Assembly (NCBI GenBank): GCA_020833325.1
Contig: JAJHQN010000001.1
Coordinates: forward strand, 1 to 57,467
DNA: 57,467 nt
Reading direction: 5' to 3'
Source: Desulfurococcaceae archaeon
Lineage (GTDB): Archaea > Thermoproteota > Thermoprotei_A > Sulfolobales > Acidilobaceae
How positions within the stretch are numbered: position 1 is the first letter of the stretch; each line of letters starts with the position of its first letter. Under the pieces are notes generated by a model. That model saw only the letters and a list, made by a program, of their open reading frames with translations. It had not been told where the DNA came from and ran no database searches. Below, one piece after another: positions 1 through 10,278 of this stretch. The translations under genes and the position numbers were made by a program.

Positions 1-150
1 CATAGACCCCTTGAAGCCTCGACGTGGAGCGAGCGTACCCAACCTACCTGAAGCCTAGGCTTTGGGTGTACGTATACGTGGATATTAAGTCAATGCTATA
101 CACATAGTTGCGGGTGGTGGTTTACGGCTAGCGGTCTTGTTACTGAGAGG

Positions 151-2529
151 TTGAGGATTATAGGGATGCACTGTGCTACGTGTGTAACCACTATTGAGAA
201 GGTTGTTAGCGGTATTAGGGGTGTCGTTGGTGTCCAGGCTAACCTTGCTTCCAATGAGGCTCTTGTAACCTATGATCCTTCTAGGGCTAGTTTAAGGGAT
301 ATTGTCAGGGCTGTTAGGAGTGCTGGTTACGACGTCTATAGGGAGGAGGTTGTGCTTGTTGTCGAGAACATGGTTTCCGTCGATGACGAGTCTATTGTGG
401 AGTCCAGGCTTAGGGGGGTGCCGGGTGTTATTGATGCTAGTGCTTCTCACGTAAACAAGACTTTAATCCTGTCCTTGAACCCCGAGACTGTTAGTGTTGA
501 TGATGTGGTTGAGATCCTGGAGGGTATGGGTTATAGGGCTAGGGTTGCTAGGGAGGTTAGGTTAGAGGAGTTTGGTAGGGTGGAGCTTTCAAGCCTACTT
601 AGGTGGTCCATAGTATCCCTGGTGGTCGGCTTCACGCTCTTCACGATAATGTTGTTGAGGATGTCCCCCATAGGCTTCCCAAGCCCGTACTACGAGGTGT
701 TAGGCTTCCTCGGCTCCACCCTCCTAATACTCTTCCCCGGTAGGAGGTTCTTCGTAGGGGCTTACAGGGCTTTCAGGAATAGGGTTGCCAGCATGGATAC
801 ACTGGTAGCTCTAGGTACGGGGTCAATCTACGTCTACAGTCTAGCTGTAACACTTGGGGTGATCGAAGGCGAGGTTTACTATGAGGCTGCAGCCTTGATA
901 ATAGCGTTTGTTATAACGGGGAGGTATATAGAGGCTAGGGCTAAGCATGGTACTGGGGAGGCTGTTAGAAGGCTTCTTGAAATGCAACCACAGGAGGCCT
1001 CTATCCTAAGGGGTGGTGGTGAGGTTAGGGTTCCCCTAGGCGAGGTTAGGGTTGGGGATGTGGTTGTTGTTAGGCAGGGTGAGAGGATCCCTGTTGACGG
1101 TATTGTTGTTAAAGGTAAGGCTTACGTAGATGAGAGTATGTTCACTGGAGAGCCCATGCCTGTTGAGAGGGGTGAGAGGGATCCCGTTTACGCTGGCTCG
1201 CTTGTGACAAACGGGTGGCTTCACATTATAGCTACTAGGGTTGGGAGTAGTACGACCTTAGCTCAGGTGGCTAAGCTTGTATCCCAAGCTCAGGCCGGGA
1301 AACTTGGGCTTCAAAGGATTGTTGATAGGATTGCAGGGCTGTTCACATGGATCATAATAGCTATTGCAATAGCAACATTCACCATATGGTATTTAGTGGT
1401 TGGAGCTGGGTTTGAGAGATCACTCATATTCATGGCCTCCGTACTACTCGTAGCATGCCCTTGCGCCCTAGGACTAGCAACTCCAACGGCTGTGGTTGCA
1501 GGGGTTGGTGTTGCTGCAAGGCAGGGTATAATTGTTAGGAATGTGGTTTCACTGGAGAGAGCTAGCGAGGTTAACATCGTAGCTGTTGATAAGACTGGGA
1601 CTCTAACCGTAGGTAAACCTGTTGTAGCAACTGTAATCCCAGCCTCGGGGTTTAGAGAGGATGATGTTCTAGAGCATGCAGCTATAGCTGAGAAGTGGAG
1701 TGAACACCCCATAGCCAAGGCTATACTGGAGGAGTATAGATCTAGGTACGGTAGGCTCCCAAGGGATCCTGATAGTTTTGAGGCAATACCTGGGATGGGG
1801 GTTGTAGCTAGCCTAGACGGCGAGCCTATAGCTGTTGGTAACTCTAAGCTCATGAAGGGGTTTGATGTTAACACGGAGGAGCTTGAAGGTGAAGCTTTAA
1901 AGCTCATGGGGGAGGGTGCAACCGTAGTCTATGTAGCTAGGGGCTCCAAGCTCCTAGGCCTGGTGGCGGTATCAGATAGGATTAGGGATGGGGTTGTAGA
2001 GGCTCTATGGGATCTTAAGAGGAGGGGTCTTAAAGCGATAATGCTAACAGGTGATAAGAGTGTAACAGCAAAAGCTGTGGCAGCGAAACTAGGCATAGAT
2101 GATGTTTACGCAGAGCTAGATCCTGAAGCTAAAAGCGAGGTGATTAGAGATCTTCAAAGGAAGGGGTATAAGGTTATGATGGTAGGAGACGGGGTTAACG
2201 ATGCGCCAAGCCTATCAAAAGCAGATCTAGGAGTGGCTATGGGGACTGGAGCGGATGTAAGTAAAGAGGCTGGGGATGTAATACTAGTACAGCCGGACCT
2301 GAAGAAGATACCTATACTGCTAAGCATAGCCGGTAAGGTTAGAAGGAGGATATACTTCAACCTATTCTGGGCATTCGCATACAATGTAATCCTAGTACCC
2401 ATAGCAGCAGGAGCTCTAACACCACTAGGTATAACACTAAGACCTGAAATGGCAGCAGCTGCTATGGCTCTAAGCTCCATAACAGTAACCCTTAGTAGCT
2501 ACCAGCTAAGCCGGTGGAACCCCCGTTAG
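151..2529 (+). CDS. copA: Copper/heavy-metal translocating P1B-type ATPase
   Basis: N-terminal HMA motif GMHCATC; membrane CPC site (ACPCALGLATP); phosphorylation motif DKTGTLT; hinge GDGVNDAP; TTG start is the first in-frame start after the stop at 49-51. Confidence 0.95.
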   Translation: MRIIGMHCATCVTTIEKVVSGIRGVVGVQANLASNEALVTYDPSRASLRDIVRAVRSAGYDVYREEVVLVVENMVSVDDESIVESRLRGVPGVIDASASHVNKTLILSLNPETVSVDDVVEILEGMGYRARVAREVRLEEFGRVELSSLLRWSIVSLVVGFTLFTIMLLRMSPIGFPSPYYEVLGFLGSTLLILFPGRRFFVGAYRAFRNRVASMDTLVALGTGSIYVYSLAVTLGVIEGEVYYEAAALIIAFVITGRYIEARAKHGTGEAVRRLLEMQPQEASILRGGGEVRVPLGEVRVGDVVVVRQGERIPVDGIVVKGKAYVDESMFTGEPMPVERGERDPVYAGSLVTNGWLHIIATRVGSSTTLAQVAKLVSQAQAGKLGLQRIVDRIAGLFTWIIIAIAIATFTIWYLVVGAGFERSLIFMASVLLVACPCALGLATPTAVVAGVGVAARQGIIVRNVVSLERASEVNIVAVDKTGTLTVGKPVVATVIPASGFREDDVLEHAAIAEKWSEHPIAKAILEEYRSRYGRLPRDPDSFEAIPGMGVVASLDGEPIAVGNSKLMKGFDVNTEELEGEALKLMGEGATVVYVARGSKLLGLVAVSDRIRDGVVEALWDLKRRGLKAIMLTGDKSVTAKAVAAKLGIDDVYAELDPEAKSEVIRDLQRKGYKVMMVGDGVNDAPSLSKADLGVAMGTGADVSKEAGDVILVQPDLKKIPILLSIAGKVRRRIYFNLFWAFAYNVILVPIAAGALTPLGITLRPEMAAAAMALSSITVTLSSYQLSRWNPR

Positions 2530-3696
2530 CACTTGTTCTCCAACTACAACGTTTATCATAAGTCTTAACACGAGCTCCCTGGCCTTCTCAAGGTTATGGG
2601 GGTTCACGTGCTCCGGAGTATCGGTGTACCAATGGTAATTCCTGATTAAACCATTATAGAAGGACATTAAACTGGTAGCCCTCCACCTCCTCATCATAGC
2701 TGGTGTGGCATCTGTTGGAAGCAGTTTATAAGAGATTGTCTTAACACCAACATTACTAGCATAAGATCTAAGCCATATCCTAAAAGAGTCTTCAGAGCAC
2801 CACGTCATGATAACCCCTTCGCACTCGGTAAACACTATATCTCCTGCTCCTGGGTTATCGATGTTGATTATTATCGAGCCCCTCCCAAGCTCCTCACGCC
2901 CTCTAAAGAACCAATGTGAACCAAGTAGGCCCACCTCCTCGGCCCCGGTAAACACGAGATGTACAGTGGCTTTATCTAAGAGCTCTTTCAAAAGACCTCC
3001 ACTACCCTTAGCTAGCACCTCAGCCAAGCCTAGGAGCACGGCTACGCCTGAAGCGTTATCATTAGCTCCGGGTACATACTCATGGAATAGCTCTCTATGA
3101 ATTAACGATAAGATGGAGAACCATAAGGGGGTAGAGGTGATGAGAGCTAGGTATGAGATGTAACTGTTATTGATGAAAAAGCTGACAACAACTAGAATGA
3201 GGCATAGTAGAGCGGAGGCAAAGTTTAGGATAAGTATGCTTTGTAGAAATCTTACACGTTTAGGGTTGAATACTGATGCTGCCTTAGTGCTATCGTAATG
3301 TGCTATGAGGATGAACTGGAGCGATCCTCCACCTATCCTAGCTATGATATTAGCCGATCTGCGTCTCCAGAGGATTCCCCACACCCTTGTGAGGATAGGT
3401 ATGTAAAGTTCTTCCTCAACAAGTAATAGGATGAAACCTGTGAGAGCAAGTATTAACGCCCCTAGCTTGAATTTAAGCAACACCAGTAGAGGTGCTATGG
3501 CTATGAGCGAGAACACCGTTATATATGTATATGAGAATGTTGGAGGGGTGGGGAAGAACTGTAACTCCACCTTATAACCCAGATCTTCTAGGAATCTAAC
3601 TATGTAATCTCTGGCTCTCTGCTCCCCACTAGTCCCAGCTCCCCTATGGTTACTCGATAGAATTACAACGTGATCGTACAAGACTCTAACCCTCAT
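2506..3696 (-). CDS. M28-family metallopeptidase with internal multi-TM region
   Basis: GANDNASGVAVLLGLAE and TGAEEVGLLGS zinc-ligand motifs typical of M28 aminopeptidases; several hydrophobic helices in the middle; start overlaps the stop of the upstream gene by 1 nt. Confidence 0.7.
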   Translation of the reverse strand: MRVRVLYDHVVILSSNHRGAGTSGEQRARDYIVRFLEDLGYKVELQFFPTPPTFSYTYITVFSLIAIAPLLVLLKFKLGALILALTGFILLLVEEELYIPILTRVWGILWRRRSANIIARIGGGSLQFILIAHYDSTKAASVFNPKRVRFLQSILILNFASALLCLILVVVSFFINNSYISYLALITSTPLWFSILSLIHRELFHEYVPGANDNASGVAVLLGLAEVLAKGSGGLLKELLDKATVHLVFTGAEEVGLLGSHWFFRGREELGRGSIIINIDNPGAGDIVFTECEGVIMTWCSEDSFRIWLRSYASNVGVKTISYKLLPTDATPAMMRRWRATSLMSFYNGLIRNYHWYTDTPEHVNPHNLEKARELVLRLMINVVVGEQVLTGVPPA

Positions 3697-4781
3697 TAAA
3701 CCCTTAAGATGCGAAGTCCTACCTCCTCTAGCTTCTTTATGAACGCTTCTGGATCCTCGATAGCACCCTCCGGTGGCTTGATTCCTTTAAACTCTAGTTC
3801 TCCATCAGCTATCAATAGCGCTCCTAGAGCTGCCGGTAACCCTGTAAGCCTCTTCATTCTATCCATTGCAATGTATGAGATCCTCCTCCCGCCACCTTCA
3901 ATATCAACTCTAAGGCCGCTTAGCTGTAGACCGCCAACTCTGAAGACACCCTCTACTCTATGAATCACCTTTGCTAAACGTTCAATTCCACCTGGTGTCC
4001 TTACTCTTAGTAGCCTTAGCAAGAACTTTGCGAAGCCCGTCTGCCATCCTGGTATAAGCCCACCTTTAACAATAACTCTATTCTTCACATTAAGGTATCT
4101 GGGTATTGTAAGAGGCTCGGGGTGTCCAGTGTAGTATAGTTTAACACCTCCTATTGGCTCGGGGAACTCTACGTAAACCCCGTTATCTCCAGCCTTAACG
4201 TTAACGAGTTTACCGTCTAGGAACATGGGTACCTCGCCTATTAGAGCATGGAATAAATGCATGACTACAGCTAATCCCCTGGAATCGGCCGCTGAACCAA
4301 CCCAGTATATATCAATGGAGTCGAGTAAGCCTAACTCGCGGGAGCCTAGCTTAGCGAGGATATTTGATAAACCGGGAGTCCATCCCATGCCAATTACAGC
4401 TGTTACCCCCGATCTCCGGGCATCCTGGTCTAAGCCAAGCTCCATTAGCGTAGCGTCGTGGTCATCACATACATCGACGAAATTTAACCCCAATCTAACA
4501 AGGTTCTCTGCTATACGATATCCATACTTGTAGAAGGGGCCCACAGCGTTAACTACGACGTCCAAACCTACAGCTACCTCCCTAAGACTTTCCACATTTA
4601 AAGCGTCAACTTTAACAGGATACGTGTTACAACCAATTGTTCTACTAAAAGTATCTGAAACGCTTCTAGCTCTCTCATAGTTTATATCACCAACTAGGAT
4701 TTCGCTAACTTTAAAACCGCAGAGGGCTTCAACTACACCAGAACCCATATCACCTGCTCCGCCTAGAACAAGCACTTTCAA
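3696..4781 (-). CDS. Saccharopine dehydrogenase-like NAD(P)-binding oxidoreductase
   Basis: Rossmann motif KVLVLGGAGDMG. I chose the in-frame TTG at 4781 so that this motif is N-terminal and 86 bp remain for the divergent promoters; the ORF track starts at ATG 4856, only 11 bp from the neighbouring gene. Confidence 0.65.
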   Translation of the reverse strand: MKVLVLGGAGDMGSGVVEALCGFKVSEILVGDINYERARSVSDTFSRTIGCNTYPVKVDALNVESLREVAVGLDVVVNAVGPFYKYGYRIAENLVRLGLNFVDVCDDHDATLMELGLDQDARRSGVTAVIGMGWTPGLSNILAKLGSRELGLLDSIDIYWVGSAADSRGLAVVMHLFHALIGEVPMFLDGKLVNVKAGDNGVYVEFPEPIGGVKLYYTGHPEPLTIPRYLNVKNRVIVKGGLIPGWQTGFAKFLLRLLRVRTPGGIERLAKVIHRVEGVFRVGGLQLSGLRVDIEGGGRRISYIAMDRMKRLTGLPAALGALLIADGELEFKGIKPPEGAIEDPEAFIKKLEEVGLRILRV

Positions 4782-4867
4782 TAGTATCACCGAATTACGA
4801 CATGTGATTGCCAGTAGTTTTAATATTCTTAAGATCTGATCTGATACAGTCTTCAAGGTGTTTATAA

Positions 4868-5683
4868 ATGCAGGTTACCTTAGAGCTCATAGACTCTGTA
4901 CGCAATCTATCCTTCGACGAAGCTTTACGATACCTAGTCGGGACACTCTATCCTGAGGTTTTGGATCCACTTAGAGTACCTGGAGTGGTGCTTTGCGTGC
5001 AACCCCACCCAGATGATTGCGAGTTCGGTGCTGGCGGCACCATAGCATTGCTAGGTAAGAGTGGTAGAGACATTTATTATGTGACGGTAACGGATGGAAG
5101 AATGGGGACTTCCAATCCAAACCTATATCCTGAGGAGCTAGCTAGGATAAGGAGGAGAGAGCAGGAGGAGGCGGCAAGGCTCCTGGGGGTACGCAATATT
5201 ATATGGTTTGATTTTATGGATACAAATGTCCCAGTCAACGATCTCAGGAATAGGCTTATAACTGAGATTAGAAGGCTTAAACCATCTATAGTTATAGCCC
5301 CAGACCCCTATACACGCTACGAAGCTCACAGCGATCATATTAATACTGGGAAGGCCGTTCTTGAGGCGTTGATACTCTCAGGGTTACCTCACGTTAATGA
5401 CGTAGATATTAGGAACGGTTTAGAACCGCACTCAGCTAGGCTTGTAATGCTATACTACACCTCCTCTCCTAACAAATACATTGATATAGGCGAAGTGCTC
5501 GACCTAAAGATCGACGCCCTAGCTAGGCATGAAAGCCAGTTTCCTGATAGGGTCCTCTTAGAGTTTCTAGTAAAGGTAAACGCTATGCTGTATGGTAAGC
5601 TAGCTGGTGTTTCGTATGCTGAAGGATTTAAAGTTATCCCAGTAGATTTACTCCATGTAGCTCCATTCGTTGAAAGGATATAA
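4868..5683 (+). CDS. PIG-L/LmbE-family N-acetylglucosaminyl deacetylase
   Basis: HPDDCEFGAGGT and AHSDH metal-binding motifs characteristic of the LmbE/PIG-L fold. Confidence 0.8.
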   Translation: MQVTLELIDSVRNLSFDEALRYLVGTLYPEVLDPLRVPGVVLCVQPHPDDCEFGAGGTIALLGKSGRDIYYVTVTDGRMGTSNPNLYPEELARIRRREQEEAARLLGVRNIIWFDFMDTNVPVNDLRNRLITEIRRLKPSIVIAPDPYTRYEAHSDHINTGKAVLEALILSGLPHVNDVDIRNGLEPHSARLVMLYYTSSPNKYIDIGEVLDLKIDALARHESQFPDRVLLEFLVKVNAMLYGKLAGVSYAEGFKVIPVDLLHVAPFVERI

Positions 5684-5695
5684 GAGACGACCCCT

Positions 5696-5719
5696 CCTCG
5701 CCTTTATAGAGCGAGGTTT
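5696..5719. terminator. Hairpin plus T-tract between convergent genes (possible bidirectional terminator)
   Basis: CCTCGC (5696-5701), 9-nt loop, GCGAGG (5711-5716), followed by TTT; lies between the LmbE-like stop (5683) and the GH4 stop (5734). Confidence 0.35.
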
Positions 5720-5733
5720 GCTAGACCCGAATA

Positions 5734-7107
5734 TCATTTGAAATGCTCGGCCATCTCCTCGTTACCTGGGATTCTTAGAGTTTCATCTATAACCTTGTTT
5801 ACCTGTTCTGTAGACTTAGTTCTAGGGTCTATGATGAGCCATTCGAATAGGAAATCTCTACCTCCTTCAAGGAAAGCTTCTATAGCCCATTCAGCTCTTA
5901 GGAGTCTGGGTCTTAATACGAGATTGTAAATCTTTTTAGGTAACTCTCTAAAGCTCATTCTATGGACTCCTTTTGAATCAACGATTGCCGGCATCTCTAC
6001 AGCAACATCGGATGGTATACCGGGTATCGAGTCTTTATTGAGGATGTTGACTTGGTATGTGGCTCTTCTATCATTAACAATGGAGTCGATGAGTGGTACT
6101 ATGGATTCACTGCTCTTCACAGGCTCTACTGTATCTGCTAGAGGTCTAGATGGATTCGCTAAAGCCTTTTTAATCTCATTGAGTCTCATATCAAGGTACA
6201 TGTAATACACCTGCCGTCCAATCTCAGAGTCCGGGCCGCCCGAGGGTCCGTACCAGTACTGTTTTGTCTCTAGGTTCCAATGGTACTTCCACGTCCCCCC
6301 TCTAACGGTATCCCCAATTGGGAAGAGACCGTAGACTCTGTACATATCTATGGCTGCTGGTGACATCTGTATATCAAAGGGATTCCACTGGTTCTCCCTC
6401 CAGAACCTCCAGAAATCCTCTGATTTCCTCTCTACCCACTCGTCTATTAACGGGTATGCGTCCTCACCTCTGTATTTAAACTTTGTAAGCCATATAACGT
6501 GGTTAAACCCTAGCGTCTCTACTTCGACCTCATGAGGGTCCAGGCCTAGAGTTTTAACTAAGTCTAGGTAGCCTAGGTGACCGTGGCAAAGCCCCACCAC
6601 CTTAACCTTGGTCATCCTGCTTAAGAGGGTTGTTAGTTCAAATACAGGATTGGCTATCAGCAATAACCAAGCGTCAGGTGCCTTCTCCTCTACATCCCTT
6701 GCTATATCCAGGGCTAGTTTAAACTGGTAATAACCCCATATTGTGTGGTAGTCTGAGACCATATTCCACTCCACACTATTAATACCCCTATAGTACCCGT
6801 TAGCTTCCGAGATCTGCCTCATAACCTCATAATATGAATGACCTTTAGCTAGGGCAGCGTTAATAACAAAGTCAGCGTTTTCTAAAGCTTCACGTCTATC
6901 CGTTGTCTTCCTAAACACGTAATCAGCCTTATACTCCCTAGCATATCTTCTCGCAAAATCATATATAAGGTTTAATCTCTCTTCATTGATATCAACGAAG
7001 ACTATCTCGCTACCATAAAGACTTGGAGTTAGGATGAAGTCAACAACTATGGTAGAAGACCACACAGCACTCCCCGCACCTATAAACACCACCTTAGCTC
7101 TAGGCAT
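5734..7107 (-). CDS. Glycoside hydrolase family 4 (NAD-dependent alpha-glucosidase/galactosidase type)
   Basis: N-terminal KVVFIGAGSAVWS dinucleotide fold and VVGLCHGH motif typical of GH4. Confidence 0.8.
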   Translation of the reverse strand: MPRAKVVFIGAGSAVWSSTIVVDFILTPSLYGSEIVFVDINEERLNLIYDFARRYAREYKADYVFRKTTDRREALENADFVINAALAKGHSYYEVMRQISEANGYYRGINSVEWNMVSDYHTIWGYYQFKLALDIARDVEEKAPDAWLLLIANPVFELTTLLSRMTKVKVVGLCHGHLGYLDLVKTLGLDPHEVEVETLGFNHVIWLTKFKYRGEDAYPLIDEWVERKSEDFWRFWRENQWNPFDIQMSPAAIDMYRVYGLFPIGDTVRGGTWKYHWNLETKQYWYGPSGGPDSEIGRQVYYMYLDMRLNEIKKALANPSRPLADTVEPVKSSESIVPLIDSIVNDRRATYQVNILNKDSIPGIPSDVAVEMPAIVDSKGVHRMSFRELPKKIYNLVLRPRLLRAEWAIEAFLEGGRDFLFEWLIIDPRTKSTEQVNKVIDETLRIPGNEEMAEHFK

Positions 7108-7262
7108 GACACAACCCTATAGAGGCTCGTAGCAATAGAACCTAAAAAACTTTCGGTTGAAAGCTCTGCCTTCAAAAGGAGAGGGGAGAAGGCCTCCACT
7201 CACCTCAAGTTCAATAGATGGTTAAACCCCTCCGGGGGGAGCAGAGTGTTTAGCCACATAGA

Positions 7263-7270
7263 TTTATAAA
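7263..7270 (+). promoter_or_regulatory. TATA-box-like element upstream of the MFS transporter
   Basis: TTTATAAA about 30 nt upstream of the GTG start at 7299, consistent with a leaderless or short-leader archaeal mRNA. Confidence 0.4.
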
Positions 7271-7298
7271 CCCTTTCTATCTACGTAAAGAGGATAGA

Positions 7299-8639
7299 GT
7301 GGTGGTCTTAGTGAGATTAGCATTAGCAGTTCTCACTATCTCAGTGGCTCTTCTCCATGCCGAGCAGAACCTCATACCACCAATACTCCTTGTTCTTAGA
7401 GAACAGGGTATGATTGTAGGTGGTGAGAGGTGGGAGCTTTACGCGGGTTTACTCGGTACAATACCGTTAGCCCTAGGAGTCCTATCATCTCTTATATGGG
7501 GATACCTAGCCGATATCTGGGATAGGAGAAAGCTCTTCGTATTATGCATGCTGATTGGGAGTATTCCGGGGTTTTTAACAGCCTTTGCCAGGGATTATAA
7601 CGAGCTGCTCCTAGCAAGGACATTAACTGGGGTTGGGGTTTATGGTAGTTACGTCATAATATTCCCTCTTGTAGCGGATATGGTTCCTTTAAGGTGGAGA
7701 GGTCTAGGCTTCGGCCTGGTCATGACAGCGTCCGGCATTGGCATCCTAGGAGGGATGATCCTAGCTGGTCTATATGCTAGGGTAGATTGGAGATTGCCAT
7801 TCATTATCGTATCTCTACCCGCCATCGTAAGCGGTCTCTTATTCCTCCTAGTCTCTAGGGGTGTAAAGCTGGGAATGGGAGAGCCTGAGGTGAAGGAGAT
7901 GTACGAGAAAGGGTTTGAGTATAATTATAGGATAAAGCTTAAGGAGTTTGTCTACGGCATTAAATCAACTCCAACAATCCTATTTATCGTTCTTCAGGGC
8001 ATACCGGGGACGATCCCATGGGGTGTTATAACCTTCTGGGCCATAGCATATATGAACGTTAGATGGGGGCTAACGGAGTCTCTAGCAACTCTCATAATCA
8101 TAACAGCAGGCCTATCTATAATAGCGGGGAACCTCGTGGGAGGGGTTCTAGCTGATAAGCTGAAAGACTTGGGATTGAGGAACTCAAGGTTGTGGGTATC
8201 GTTAACTGGCAAAATGGTTGGCCTCGCTATGACCATTGCCTTCATGTCCTATCCTTACCCCTACGGGGCTACCGATATCAGTGCTATAGCTCCTCTAGCT
8301 TTACTAGCTCTACTCATCTTTAATTTCATCTCATGGGTTAGCCCCAACGTTCAAGCTATAATAAGTGAGGTTATCCTACCAGAACATAGAGGTACGTTCT
8401 ATGCTGTATTCAATATAACCGATAATATAGGTAAAACTTTAGGACCTTCTATAGGAGCTTTTCTTATCAACTTCTACAAAGGCTTAGGCTATGACACGTC
8501 TGAAGCCTACTACTTTGCTATGGTAACAGCTAGTATGGCTTGGCTTCTCTGCGCTATGTTTTGGTTACCTATGTTCAAGACCTATGGACATGATTATGCG
8601 AAGCTAAGGGAGGTTCTGAGGAGGAGGGTTTCAGCTTGA
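7299..8639 (+). CDS. MFS transporter
   Basis: About 12 predicted hydrophobic helices; GYLADIWDRRK loop resembles the MFS signature between TM2 and TM3. Confidence 0.8.
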   Translation: MVVLVRLALAVLTISVALLHAEQNLIPPILLVLREQGMIVGGERWELYAGLLGTIPLALGVLSSLIWGYLADIWDRRKLFVLCMLIGSIPGFLTAFARDYNELLLARTLTGVGVYGSYVIIFPLVADMVPLRWRGLGFGLVMTASGIGILGGMILAGLYARVDWRLPFIIVSLPAIVSGLLFLLVSRGVKLGMGEPEVKEMYEKGFEYNYRIKLKEFVYGIKSTPTILFIVLQGIPGTIPWGVITFWAIAYMNVRWGLTESLATLIIITAGLSIIAGNLVGGVLADKLKDLGLRNSRLWVSLTGKMVGLAMTIAFMSYPYPYGATDISAIAPLALLALLIFNFISWVSPNVQAIISEVILPEHRGTFYAVFNITDNIGKTLGPSIGAFLINFYKGLGYDTSEAYYFAMVTASMAWLLCAMFWLPMFKTYGHDYAKLREVLRRRVSA

Positions 8640-8683
8640 ACATATATGTACTTGGAGCTCCACGTAGGAGATTGGTGGTTTAA

Positions 8684-10123
8684 ATGCTAATACCTAAAGG
8701 GTTCCTATTAGGGTTCTCTGAGTCGGGATTCCAGTTTGAAATGGGTTTACCTGGTTCCGAGGACCCTAATAGTGATTGGTGGGTATGGGTTCACGACCAT
8801 GAAAACATGCTATCCGGGGTAGTTAGCGGAGATCTCCCTGAGAACGGCCCAGGATACTGGAACCTATATAAGGTTGACCACGATCTAGCTTTCAAACTCG
8901 GCATGAACTGTGCAAGGATAGGGGTGGAGTGGAGTAGAGTGTTCCCTAAGCCCACCAGGGATATCCGCGTTGATGTGGATAGAGATGAGGATGGTAACAT
9001 AGTGTGGATTGATGTTAACGATGTCGTTCTAGAAAAGCTTGATAGCGTGGCTAACGCGGATTCCGTTAATCATTACAAGTCTATACTTGAAGATTGGAAG
9101 AGTAGGGGGGGAACTATTGTATTGAACCTAAACCACTTCACACTACCACTCTGGATCCACGACCCCATAGCTTTAAGATCTAACGGATCCTCTAAAGCAC
9201 CTTCAGGGTGGTTAAGCGAGGAGACAGTGGTTGAGTTTGCTAAATACGCTACATACATTGCTTGGAAACTAGATGGCTTAGTAGATCTGTACTCTACGCT
9301 TAACGAGCCTAACGTAGTCTACACAGCAGGCTACATTATGGTTAAAACAGGCTTCCCACCAGGCCTCCTAAGCATTAAGGCGGCCACAAGAGCGGCTAAG
9401 CATCTTGTAGAAGCTCATGTTAGGGCATACGAGAACATTAAGAGGATAACGAGGAAACCTGTAGGTATTATAGTCTCCTTAGCTGCTATAGAATCCATAA
9501 GACAGGAGTATGAGGATGTAGCAGGACTAGCAAAAACCCTATACAACTACTCCATACTCGACTCTATAACACTAGGATCTTCTATGATAACAGGGTCTAG
9601 AGAGGATCTAAGAGATAAGGTGGACTGGATTGGAGTTAACTACTATAGCAGGCTCCTCGTCAAACCCTCAAAAACCCCTGGTTTCTTCGACATTGTTAAA
9701 GGGGCGGGGCTCTACTGTAACTCAAAAGATGTGTCCATAACCGGAAGACCTTGTAGTGATATGGGCTGGGAGGTGTACCCTGAAGGTTTATCTAAAGTGC
9801 TAGAAGAGGTGTGGAGCAAGTATAGAAAACCACTCATAGTAACTGAAAATGGAATAGCGGATTCAAGGGACGTTTACAGACCTAAGTTCCTCATCTCACA
9901 CATATCCCACACTGTACAAGCGTTAAAAGAGGGGGTTGACGTTAAAGGTTACCTTCATTGGGCTTTAACAGATAACCTAGAATGGGCTCAAGGTTACTCT
10001 ATGAGGTTCGGTCTAGTGAAAGTAGATTACGAAACCAAGAGGAGACTCCTAAGACCAAGCGCCTTGCTATTTAAGGAAATAGCTGAAAGCCGAGATATCC
10101 CCGATGATATGGACCTCTACTAG
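8684..10123 (+). CDS. GH1 beta-glycosidase (beta-glucosidase/galactosidase type)
   Basis: TLNEPNVV (acid/base Glu) and VTENGIAD (nucleophile Glu) motifs of GH1; length and N-terminus resemble archaeal LacS-like enzymes. Confidence 0.9.
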   Translation: MLIPKGFLLGFSESGFQFEMGLPGSEDPNSDWWVWVHDHENMLSGVVSGDLPENGPGYWNLYKVDHDLAFKLGMNCARIGVEWSRVFPKPTRDIRVDVDRDEDGNIVWIDVNDVVLEKLDSVANADSVNHYKSILEDWKSRGGTIVLNLNHFTLPLWIHDPIALRSNGSSKAPSGWLSEETVVEFAKYATYIAWKLDGLVDLYSTLNEPNVVYTAGYIMVKTGFPPGLLSIKAATRAAKHLVEAHVRAYENIKRITRKPVGIIVSLAAIESIRQEYEDVAGLAKTLYNYSILDSITLGSSMITGSREDLRDKVDWIGVNYYSRLLVKPSKTPGFFDIVKGAGLYCNSKDVSITGRPCSDMGWEVYPEGLSKVLEEVWSKYRKPLIVTENGIADSRDVYRPKFLISHISHTVQALKEGVDVKGYLHWALTDNLEWAQGYSMRFGLVKVDYETKRRLLRPSALLFKEIAESRDIPDDMDLY

Positions 10124-10278
10124 TCTCTATCGCCTCCCCACTTATACGTTCTAAAGTTAAACTCTCCTCATATTATAAAGGAAGACGCATGAAGCTTCTT
10201 TAAATAGTGGAGGCGATGCCAAACATTATATTTGTTATCTTAGCTGTCAATGTCTTAGAGACATGTAGTTTGGCGTAG

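Noticed and set aside
1311-1907. Long antisense ORFs inside well-supported genes, for example 1311-1907, 10826-11347, 30963-31421, 33465-33806, 40666-41523 and 45837-46160
   Set aside because: They lie opposite strong motif-bearing CDSs, are Ser/Pro/Thr/Leu-rich with no motifs, and are the usual mirror-frame artefact of the codon bias. I did not call them genes.
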